From Nitrospinaceae bacterium (lineage in GTDB: Bacteria; Nitrospinota; Nitrospinia; Nitrospinales; Nitrospinaceae), in NCBI GenBank assembly GCA_965223665.1, contig OZ245011.1, positions 544,001-608,000 on the forward strand: DNA of 64,000 nt, read 5' to 3'. Under the pieces are notes generated by a model. The model was not told the origin of the DNA and ran no database searches. It saw only the letters and a program-made list of their open reading frames with translations. Positions 55,437 to 64,000 of the stretch are shown one piece after another (the stretch's first letter is position 1; each line of letters opens with the position of its first letter). The position numbers and the translations under genes were made by a program.

Positions 55437-58400
55437 ATGAAAATTCAAAAATATCCTAAAAAGCAAGGGCTTTATAATCCTCAATTTGAAAAAGAAAACT
55501 GTGGAGTGGGTTTTGTCGCTCACATGAAAGGACGGCAATCCCATGAAATAATAAGGCAGGGTTTGGATTTATTAAATCGTTTGGAACACCGTGGGGCGGT
55601 TGGGGCTGATCCCCTAACAGGAGATGGTGCAGGAATTCTAATCCAAATACCTCATGAATTTTTTAAATTAGAGTGCTCAAAGCTTGGAATTACTCTTCCT
55701 GACAAAGGGCAATATGGGACAGGTTTGGTTTTCCTTCCTAAGGATAGTGAGAAAGCTACCTTATTAATGGATATATTTAAGCAAGTTACAACCCGCGAAG
55801 GGTTGGATTTGCTTGGATGGCGTAAAGTCCCAGTGGATAACACAAAAATTGGCCAAACTGCAAGAGATGTAGAGCCTGATATTCGGCAAATATTTATTGG
55901 GTCCAAAGGAATTATGGATCAGGAATTATTTGAGAGAAAATTATATATTGTCCGGAAACAAGCTGGCCAGGCAATTAGGGCTTCTGGGTTGGCCGAGCTT
56001 TATGAGTCTTATTATATTTGTAGCTTGTCCAGTAAGACTTTTATTTATAAAGGACAATTAATGGCTCCTCAGGTGGCTGATTATTATCTTGATATTAAGG
56101 ATCCTCAACTGAAATCTGCCTTGGCTTTGGTGCATTCACGATACAGTACGAATACCTTTCCTTCATGGGGAAGAGCCCAACCTATGAGGATGATAGCTCA
56201 TAATGGAGAAATCAACACCATTCGTGGAAACAACAATTGGATGGTTGCGCGTGAGTCTATGTTTGCCAGTGATCTCTATGATGATGTAGAAAAAATACTT
56301 CCGGTAATTCCGCCCGGTGGTAGTGATTCCGCAGATTTTGACCAAGCTTTAGAATTTTTAGTTCAATGTGGACGCTCCTTACCACACGCTGTAATGATGA
56401 TGATTCCTGAACCATGGAGTGGTCATGAAACGATGGACCAGGATAAGCGAGGTTTTTTTGAATACCATGCTTCTATGATGGAACCCTGGGATGGGCCCGC
56501 TTCAATTACCTTCACAGATGGAAATGTTATTGGAGCAGTATTGGATAGAAATGGTTTACGACCTTCTCGTTATATTGTTACCGATACTGATTTGGTGGTT
56601 ATGGCGTCGGAGGTGGGAGTTCTTCCAATTGATGAAGCTCGAATTATTAAAAAAGGAAGGTTGCAACCGGGGCGAATGTTTTTTGTGGACCTTAAAGAAG
56701 GAAGGATTGTTTCTGATCAAGAAATCAAATCTCAATTAGCAACGAGAAAACCCTACAAACAATGGGTAAAAGACAATCAAGTCAACTTAGAAGATATCCC
56801 TGACCCAAAAAAATCAGAGAAAATTGTTGATGATCTTACCTTGCAACAACTGGCATTTGGATATACTCAAGAGGATAAAAAAATTATTTTGGCTCCCATG
56901 ATAGAGAATGGACAAGAAGCGACAGGATCTATGGGAAATGATGTTCCTCTTGCCGTAAGATCTGAAAAATCTCAATTACTTTTCAATTACTTTAAACAGC
57001 TCTTTGCTCAAGTGACTAATCCCGCGATTGATTCCATACGCGAGGAATTAGTAATGTCCATGGAAGTTACCCTTGGTAGAGAAAGAAATTTGCTTTCTGA
57101 ATCTCCTGAACATTGTCGGAAACTTCGAGTAAAAAATCCGATTTTAACTCCAAATGATTTTTTTAAAATTCAGTCGATAGATCAACCAGATTTAAGAACA
57201 GTCACTCTCTCTTTATTATTTCCAGTTTCAGAGGGAGAGGATGGGATGGAAAAAGCTTTAGAAAAGATTTGCAATCAGGCTTCCGATGCAATTGAAAATG
57301 GCAATACTATTTTAATTCTTTCAGATCGTGGAGTGGATGAAAATCAGGCAACTATTCCCAGTCTATTGGCAACTGCGGCGGTTCATCACCATTTACTTCG
57401 AGAAAGGACCAGGACCAATGTTGGAATTGTGGTTGAAACGGGAGAAGCCAAAGAAATGATGCATTTTGCTTTGCTTATTGGTTATGGAGCGGGTGCCATT
57501 TACCCATATCTTGCTTATGAAACTATTGCTGAAATGATCAAGGAAAAAATTTTTGTGAATGGTACAACTCTGGATTCAGCCATTCAAAATTTTGTTAAGT
57601 CGACTAAAAAGGGTCTCTACAAAATTATTGCAAAAATGGGTATTTCAACCATTCAAAGTTATCGAGGTGCGCAAATATTTGAAGCTGTCGGCCTTAATGA
57701 TTCTGTGATTGATAAATTTTTCACGGGTACACCTTCGCGTATCAGTGGGGTAGGGCTAGAAACTCTTGCCCGAGAGGTATTAGCCCGACATAAGAATGCT
57801 TTTCACCGCACCAAAATATTAAAACCCATTTTAGAAGCAGGTGGGTTTTATCATTGGCGTCGTGGAGAAGAAAAGCATATGATTAGCCCTCCTTTAGTGG
57901 CAATGCTGCAACACTCTACTCGATCAAACGATTATTCGACCTATAAAAAGTTTTCAAAATATTCTGATGACCAAAGCACGCGTGATTGTACCTTGCGAGG
58001 TTTGTTTAAGTTTAAAGATTCTAATTCTATTCCTATTGATGAAGTTGAGTCTGTAGAGAATATTACTAAAAGGTTTTGTACTGGCGCCATGTCTATTGGA
58101 TCTATATCTCGGGAAGCTCATGAAACTTTGGCTATAGCAATGAACCGCCTTGGTGGTAGAAGTAATACCGGGGAAGGTGGTGAAGATCCTGTTCGTTATA
58201 TTCCAGATGAAAATGGAGACTTACGAAGAAGTTCTATTAAGCAAGTTGCTTCTGGTCGATTTGGGGTTAACAGTTTCTATTTAGCTAATTCCGATGAGCT
58301 TCAAATAAAAATTTCTCAAGGCGCTAAACCTGGTGAAGGAGGCCAACTTCCGGGGCATAAAGTTTCTGAATATATTGCAAAGATTCGGAATTCAACTCCT

Positions 58401-59978
58401 GGAGTGGGTCTGATATCACCACCGCCCCATCATGATATTTACTCAATTGAAGATTTACAGCAATTAATATTTGATTTACATAATGCTAATCCTAATGCAG
58501 GAGTAAGCGTTAAATTGGTTGCTGAGGCGGGAGTTGGTACCATTGCAGCAGGTGTTTCAAAGGCCCGAGCTGAAGGTGTTTTGATTTCTGGACACGATGG
58601 GGGAACAGGAGCGTCTCCTCAAACTTCTATAAAGCATGCGGGTTTACCCTGGGAATTAGGTCTTTCAGAAACTCAACAAATTTTGGTGATGAATGATTTA
58701 AGGGGCCGGATAAGGGTTCAAGTGGATGGTCAACTAAAAACGGGTCGAGATGTTGTTATTGGAGCTTTGCTTGGAGCAGATGAATTCGGGTTTTCAACTG
58801 CGCCCTTAATAACTATGGGTTGTATTATGATGCGCAAATGCCATTTAAATACTTGTTCTGTTGGTGTTGCCACGCAAGATCCAGAGCTCAGAAAAAAGTT
58901 TACCGGTAAAGCAGAATATGTTGTGAATTATTTTAAATTTATTGCTCAAGAAGTTCGGGAGATTATGGCGCAATTAGGATTTAAAAAATTTGATGAAATG
59001 ATAGGCCGGTCTGAATATCTTGAGGTAAGTGATGCTATTAATCATTGGAAAACCAAGGGGCTAGACTTTTCTAAGATACTTTACAAGGTAGAAGCTGGCT
59101 CTGAAGTTGCAATTCGAAATATAACCAAGCAAGATCTTAGTGGGGATATTGGAGATTGTTTGGATCGAAAATTAATTGTGGATTGTGAAAATGCTTTAGA
59201 AAATAGGGAACCCGTTGATTTAAATTATAATATTGGAAATGAAGATCGTGCCACCGGGGCTATGCTAAGTTATGAAATCTCGAAAAAACACGGAGAGGCC
59301 GGGTTACCTGATGAAACCATTAAAATTGGGTTTAAAGGGTCGGCGGGCCAAAGTTTTGGAGCTTTCCTAGCTTCTGGAGTGACTTTTACTTTGCGTGGAG
59401 ATGCTAATGATTATGTGGGCAAAGGACTTTCTGGCGGACAGATTGTTGTTTTTCCTCCAGAAGAATCACAGATTATCCCTGAAGAAAATATATTAGTAGG
59501 AAATGTAGCGCTATATGGAGCAACCAAAGGAAAAGTATTTTTAAGAGGTATCGCTGGTGAAAGATTTGCAGTGCGCAACAGTGGAAGTCAAGCCGTGGTG
59601 GAAGGGGTCGGTGATCATGGTTGCGAATATATGACGGGGGGAATTGTTGTTGTATTAGGGAAAACAGGAAGAAACTTTGCGGCCGGGATGAGTGGTGGAA
59701 TTGCTTATGTTTTTGATGAAGCGAATCAATTTCCAATTCATTGTAATCAGAGCATTGTTGATTTATTACCTGTGAAAGAAGATGTGGATATTGAATTGTT
59801 GAAAAGAATGATTCAAGAACATAAGGAATTGACAGGGAGTTCAGTAGCGAAAACCATATTGTTGAATTGGGAAACGATGCTATCAAAATTTATAAAAGTA
59901 TATCCAAAGGATTATAGGCGGGTAATCGAAGAAAGAAAACGTAAAGAAGAACAGAAATCTTTAGAAGAGGTGGCTTAA
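55437..59978 (+). CDS. gltB: Glutamate synthase large subunit
   Basis: CGVGF amidotransferase N-terminus, [32 protein letters not shown]. Confidence 0.98.
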   Translation: MKIQKYPKKQGLYNPQFEKENCGVGFVAHMKGRQSHEIIRQGLDLLNRLEHRGAVGADPLTGDGAGILIQIPHEFFKLECSKLGITLPDKGQYGTGLVFLPKDSEKATLLMDIFKQVTTREGLDLLGWRKVPVDNTKIGQTARDVEPDIRQIFIGSKGIMDQELFERKLYIVRKQAGQAIRASGLAELYESYYICSLSSKTFIYKGQLMAPQVADYYLDIKDPQLKSALALVHSRYSTNTFPSWGRAQPMRMIAHNGEINTIRGNNNWMVARESMFASDLYDDVEKILPVIPPGGSDSADFDQALEFLVQCGRSLPHAVMMMIPEPWSGHETMDQDKRGFFEYHASMMEPWDGPASITFTDGNVIGAVLDRNGLRPSRYIVTDTDLVVMASEVGVLPIDEARIIKKGRLQPGRMFFVDLKEGRIVSDQEIKSQLATRKPYKQWVKDNQVNLEDIPDPKKSEKIVDDLTLQQLAFGYTQEDKKIILAPMIENGQEATGSMGNDVPLAVRSEKSQLLFNYFKQLFAQVTNPAIDSIREELVMSMEVTLGRERNLLSESPEHCRKLRVKNPILTPNDFFKIQSIDQPDLRTVTLSLLFPVSEGEDGMEKALEKICNQASDAIENGNTILILSDRGVDENQATIPSLLATAAVHHHLLRERTRTNVGIVVETGEAKEMMHFALLIGYGAGAIYPYLAYETIAEMIKEKIFVNGTTLDSAIQNFVKSTKKGLYKIIAKMGISTIQSYRGAQIFEAVGLNDSVIDKFFTGTPSRISGVGLETLAREVLARHKNAFHRTKILKPILEAGGFYHWRRGEEKHMISPPLVAMLQHSTRSNDYSTYKKFSKYSDDQSTRDCTLRGLFKFKDSNSIPIDEVESVENITKRFCTGAMSIGSISREAHETLAIAMNRLGGRSNTGEGGEDPVRYIPDENGDLRRSSIKQVASGRFGVNSFYLANSDELQIKISQGAKPGEGGQLPGHKVSEYIAKIRNSTPGVGLISPPPHHDIYSIEDLQQLIFDLHNANPNAGVSVKLVAEAGVGTIAAGVSKARAEGVLISGHDGGTGASPQTSIKHAGLPWELGLSETQQILVMNDLRGRIRVQVDGQLKTGRDVVIGALLGADEFGFSTAPLITMGCIMMRKCHLNTCSVGVATQDPELRKKFTGKAEYVVNYFKFIAQEVREIMAQLGFKKFDEMIGRSEYLEVSDAINHWKTKGLDFSKILYKVEAGSEVAIRNITKQDLSGDIGDCLDRKLIVDCENALENREPVDLNYNIGNEDRATGAMLSYEISKKHGEAGLPDETIKIGFKGSAGQSFGAFLASGVTFTLRGDANDYVGKGLSGGQIVVFPPEESQIIPEENILVGNVALYGATKGKVFLRGIAGERFAVRNSGSQAVVEGVGDHGCEYMTGGIVVVLGKTGRNFAAGMSGGIAYVFDEANQFPIHCNQSIVDLLPVKEDVDIELLKRMIQEHKELTGSSVAKTILLNWETMLSKFIKVYPKDYRRVIEERKRKEEQKSLEEVA

Positions 59979-61447
59979 TGGGTTCAGTAAAGGGCTTTTT
60001 GGAATTTCCTAGAGAAACACCGGATTCTCGCCCTGTGGAAGATAGACTAAGTGATCAAAAAGAAGTTTACGAACCCTTTCCTATTGAGAAATATCGTGAA
60101 CAGGGAGCCCGTTGTATGGATTGCGGTGTTCCTTTTTGTCAAAGCCATACCGGTTGTCCTTTGGGAAATTCGATTCCTGATTGGAACGATATGGTATTTC
60201 GAAATAAATGGGAAGAAGCTCTAGCTCTACTTTTAAAAACAAATAATTTTCCAGAGTTTACCGGCCGCATTTGTCCGGCACCTTGTGAGGGGGCTTGTGT
60301 ATTGGGGATTACTGAACCCCCAGTTACTATTAGAAATATTGAGGAAATTATTGCTGAAAAAGGTTTTGAAAATGGATGGATGAAACCAAATCCTCCAAAA
60401 AAGAGAACTGGAAAGAAAGTAGCAATTGTGGGGTCTGGCCCAGCCGGTTTAGCAGCGGCTGATCAACTTAATCAAGCCGGGCATTTAGTTACGGTTTTTG
60501 AAAAGGCTGATCGGGTTGGCGGATTACTAATGTATGGAATTCCACATTTTAAACTTGAAAAACGAATAGTCCATCGACGTATCCAGTTAATGGAGAAAGA
60601 AGGAATTACTTTCAAAACCAATTCCCATGTGGGGAAGAATGTATTAATTTCAGATTTGCAAAATCAATTTGACGCGATTTTGATGTGTTGTGGGTCAGAA
60701 AAGCCTAGAGATTTGCCTGTAGAGGGTAGAGAATTGGATGGGATTCACTTTGCAATGGACTTTCTGCCTCAACAAAATAAGAGGAATGAAGGAGACCGAA
60801 TCGATGAAAAAATTGCCATCACAGCTAGGGATAAAAATGTATTGATCATAGGTGGTGGTGATACAGGTTCCGATTGCCTAGGAACTTCTTTGAGGCAGGG
60901 AGCCAAAAACGTGTATCAATTTGAATTACTAAATGAACCCCCTAAAGAGCGGGCTGAAAAAAATCCTTGGCCTCAATGGCCTATGGTTCTAAGAGTGAGC
61001 TCATCCCATGAAGAAGCCCAAAAGCAAGTTACGCGCTACAATATTTTAACTAAGAAGTTCACTGGTGAAAATGGAAAGGTGAAAAAAGTTCATGCGGTAA
61101 ACATTCGTTTTGGTGAGCCGGAGCCAGGAACAGGTCGTCCGGCGATAATAGAAGTTCCAGGCTCTGAATTTGAACTAGAGGTGGATTTGGTGTTGTTGGC
61201 CATGGGTTTTGTTCACCCCGTTCATGAAGGGTTGGTAAAGCAACTAAAGGTAAAATTGGACGGTAGAAATAATGTGGCTTGCGATAAAAATAAAATGACA
61301 AATATTGATGGAATTTTTGTTGCAGGGGACATGACCCGGGGGCAATCTTTGGTGGTTTGGGCTATTGCAGAAGGGCGCGAAGCTGCACGGTCCATTGATG
61401 AATATCTTATGGGCTATACTTTTTTACCTCACAGTGAATTTTTATAG
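59978..61447 (+). CDS. gltD: Glutamate synthase small subunit
   Basis: [35 protein letters not shown]. Confidence 0.97.
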   Translation: MGSVKGFLEFPRETPDSRPVEDRLSDQKEVYEPFPIEKYREQGARCMDCGVPFCQSHTGCPLGNSIPDWNDMVFRNKWEEALALLLKTNNFPEFTGRICPAPCEGACVLGITEPPVTIRNIEEIIAEKGFENGWMKPNPPKKRTGKKVAIVGSGPAGLAAADQLNQAGHLVTVFEKADRVGGLLMYGIPHFKLEKRIVHRRIQLMEKEGITFKTNSHVGKNVLISDLQNQFDAILMCCGSEKPRDLPVEGRELDGIHFAMDFLPQQNKRNEGDRIDEKIAITARDKNVLIIGGGDTGSDCLGTSLRQGAKNVYQFELLNEPPKERAEKNPWPQWPMVLRVSSSHEEAQKQVTRYNILTKKFTGENGKVKKVHAVNIRFGEPEPGTGRPAIIEVPGSEFELEVDLVLLAMGFVHPVHEGLVKQLKVKLDGRNNVACDKNKMTNIDGIFVAGDMTRGQSLVVWAIAEGREAARSIDEYLMGYTFLPHSEFL

Positions 61448-61569
61448 GTAAATAAGGGTATAAAGTTTTTGATAAAGCCAGATATTAGCTGCACAACCCT
61501 TCCAAATAGATATCTTTAGGTCTCCCTGGAAATACTAAAAACAAAATATCGCAAATTGCTAATGCGATA

Positions 61570-62205
61570 TTAATTTCCAGATGACATAATGAGTTGAATT
61601 CGTTTGTGAATATTCAGTTTTTTAAAGACCTTTTTCAAATGAAATTTAACGGTAAAGACACTTATATCTAAAATTCTAGCAATCTCATCATCGTTAAATC
61701 CCTCACTGGCTAAACGAGCAACTTCTTGTTCTCTGCGAGTTAAATGCGCATCTTTATAATTTAAATCTTGCTTATAAGAAGGTTTGAAATCTGAAGAATT
61801 TTCTTTGTTTTCTGGAAACCGATTCTTTAAGCACTTTTCGACTTTACTTATTAAATCTAGAGGCATTATAGGTTTTAAAATATAATCCTCAACGTGCAGT
61901 CTAATGGCTTGAATAGCAGTATCCATAGTTCCGTAACCAGTTAAAATCATAACCGCTGTATCTGGTCGAATTTTTTTTATTTCTTCGGTAACTTCAATAC
62001 CACTTTTATCACCCATTTTTAGATCAGTGATTACTAAATCAAAAGGTTCTTTTTTAAAGGTCTCAATACCTTCTTTTCCGCTAAAAGCCGTTTTGACAGA
62101 GTAACCGATTTTTTGCAAATGCTTACCTAAAGCTTTGCACAAGGTTTCTTCATCATCAATAAAAAGTATTGTTTTTGAGTCTTGCATGATCCCCCTCATG
62201 ACCAT
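61570..62205 (-). CDS. Response regulator (REC plus LuxR-type HTH)
   Basis: FIDDE, DLVITD, TGYG, KP; LTRREQEV...ISVFTVKFH. Confidence 0.92.
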   Translation of the reverse strand: MVMRGIMQDSKTILFIDDEETLCKALGKHLQKIGYSVKTAFSGKEGIETFKKEPFDLVITDLKMGDKSGIEVTEEIKKIRPDTAVMILTGYGTMDTAIQAIRLHVEDYILKPIMPLDLISKVEKCLKNRFPENKENSSDFKPSYKQDLNYKDAHLTRREQEVARLASEGFNDDEIARILDISVFTVKFHLKKVFKKLNIHKRIQLIMSSGN

Positions 62206-62506
62206 GAGTTATGAATAATATAAAACACTTTACCTTAAAATAATCAGACATCTGAGCATAGCAAATAAATAAAAATAAATCACCCCTTAACTGAATAAAG
62301 TTAAAAAAATTATAGTTTTGGAAACTGGACTTGTGAGTCCAAAACAGGATGGATTAACTATTGAAAATTTGTTTATTACTGAAACATATTGGACTGAATA
62401 GTCCTAAAAAATTCGAATAACAAAGATAATATTTTTATTTAGGAAAAACAGATTTTTTTTTAATGATAGGATTTTCGGGGTTTTTTGCGTATTTTGCGGT
62501 TAGAAA

Positions 62507-63583
62507 TTAGATTTTTAACCGCTGAAGAAAGCCTTTAAGCTTTTTCTTAGTAGGTTTTCCATCGATTTCAGATAGTTCTAAAAACAATTCTTTTTGCCGT
62601 TTATTCAATTTTTTAGGCGTTTCTACAAAAAGGTGGATGATTTGATCTCCTCTTCCGTGGCCTCTAATATGAGGAATTCCGCCTCCCGATATTCTTTGTT
62701 TTTCACCTGATTGGGTACCTTCTGGAATAGTAATTGAGCGAGTTTTCCCATCCAAGAGTGGAATTTCAATTTCAGCACCAAGCGCGGCCTGAGAAATTGA
62801 GACATTCAATTGGCAATAGACATCATTGCCTTCTCGATGGAAAAAGTCGTGGGCTTGAACATGAATAAAAACATACAAATCACCAGGCGGTGTCCCAGGG
62901 CCTCCTTCGCCTTCTCCCCTTAATCTTAATCGAGACCCATCATCTACTCCACCTGGGATATTAATTGATATAGATTTTTTCTCTGCTACAACACCTTCAC
63001 CGTGACATGTATTACAGGGATCTTTTACAATACTCCCCATCCCATGGCAATTTGGACATGGGCTTTGAAGGCTAAAAAATCCCTGAGACCTTACAACCTG
63101 TCCCGTTCCCCTACAAGTACCACAAGTCGAGGGAGAAGTTCCCTTTCGGCAGCGAGAACCATTACAATCTTTACAAGTTGTATGTTTATGGACGTCAATT
63201 TCTTTTTGGGCACCAAAAGCTGCTTCTTCAAAAGAAATGGTTACATCTGCACGAATATCCGCTCCTGTTTGACTTCTTGAGCCACCAAAAAAATCTCCAA
63301 AAATATCTCCGAAGCTTGAAAAAATATCTTCAAAACCACTAAAGCCACCAAAACCCTGGCCTTTTAGTCCTTCGTGACCATATTGATCATATATGTCTCG
63401 TTTTTTAGGATCTCTTAAAACCTCATAGGCCTCTGAAGCTTCTTTAAATTTTTCTTCTGCATCTTGATTACCTGGATTCTTGTCTGGGTGGTACCTTAAT
63501 GCCATTTGTCGGTAAGCCTTTTTCAATTCTGACTCGGAAGCATTTCTTGAAACTCCAAGAATTTCGTAATAGTCTCGTTTCAC
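62507..63583 (-). CDS. dnaJ: Chaperone DnaJ
   Basis: J domain with HPD, G/F region, four CxxCxGxG-type repeats. Confidence 0.97.
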   Translation of the reverse strand: MKRDYYEILGVSRNASESELKKAYRQMALRYHPDKNPGNQDAEEKFKEASEAYEVLRDPKKRDIYDQYGHEGLKGQGFGGFSGFEDIFSSFGDIFGDFFGGSRSQTGADIRADVTISFEEAAFGAQKEIDVHKHTTCKDCNGSRCRKGTSPSTCGTCRGTGQVVRSQGFFSLQSPCPNCHGMGSIVKDPCNTCHGEGVVAEKKSISINIPGGVDDGSRLRLRGEGEGGPGTPPGDLYVFIHVQAHDFFHREGNDVYCQLNVSISQAALGAEIEIPLLDGKTRSITIPEGTQSGEKQRISGGGIPHIRGHGRGDQIIHLFVETPKKLNKRQKELFLELSEIDGKPTKKKLKGFLQRLKI

Positions 63584-63593
63584 GGGATGGGGC

Positions 63594-64000
63594 CTATTCT
63601 TTTTTAAGTTTAGTAATTTTAACTTTTGCGGGTCGAATTAATTTTTCTTTATAGATATAACCAGTTTCCAGTTCTTCCACAATAATATTTTCCTTTTGAG
63701 GATCGTCTGTTTCTTCTGTCAAAAATACTTCATGGGTTTCAGGATTAAATTGCTCGCCCAGGGTGGGGATATTTTCAATATCACAATTTTTTAACTCATT
63801 TGTAAATTGAGATATTATTAGTTCAATGCCTTCCTTAAGGCTGTCCAAACTATTCTCACTTGACGTGGTGTTAATGGCACGTTGTAAATTATCTAATATG
63901 GGAATGAATTTTTTAAAGAAATTTGCTTTCAGTTGGTCTACTCGAACTTCGTTCTCCTTTTGTAATCGTATTCGGAATTCTTCGTTCTCAGCATTTTTAT
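63594..64000 (-). CDS. grpE: Nucleotide exchange factor GrpE (5' end beyond the window)
   Basis: Frame open to the window edge: AENEEFRIR...[10 protein letters not shown]...[10 protein letters not shown]...GY...LIRPAKV. Confidence 0.92.
   Translation of the reverse strand, partial: KNAENEEFRIRLQKENEVRVDQLKANFFKKFIPILDNLQRAINTTSSENSLDSLKEGIELIISQFTNELKNCDIENIPTLGEQFNPETHEVFLTEETDDPQKENIIVEELETGYIYKEKLIRPAKVKITKLKKE

Overview
This is an AT-rich bacterial chromosome segment in which a ~45.4 kb integrative island (5132..50548) sits in the 3' end of a tRNA-Pro(CGG) gene, bounded by a 48-bp direct repeat and paired arm-type sites. The island's left end carries a minimal phage-satellite (PICI-like) core: tyrosine integrase, unknown ORF, AlpA, tandem-HTH replication-like protein, a cos-like site and a P27-type small terminase. 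No capsid, portal, large terminase or tail genes are visible. Its main cargo is a tightly coupled 17.5 kb six-gene operon: soluble GrpE-like protein, soluble Hsp70, membrane-spanning vWA-like/Hsp70-fold protein, membrane-anchored GrpE-like protein, FHA-like/SEDS (FtsW/RodA-type) protein and a class B PBP with intact catalytic motifs. This is the best candidate for an undescribed system, apparently coupling an Hsp70 nucleotide cycle to peptidoglycan synthesis. The rest of the island holds a triple-HTH regulator, a GH17 glucanase, a secreted toxin/immunity pair, HEPN and SIR2 defence candidates, an endonuclease I and many exported proteins. The flanks are housekeeping-like: DUF1611 protein, nitroreductase and aldehyde dehydrogenase on the left; cmoA, leuA plus a divergent paralog, a CBS-ACT protein, sigma54-preceded gltBD, a response regulator, dnaJ and partial grpE on the right. 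All calls come from motif reading by eye; no searches were run.
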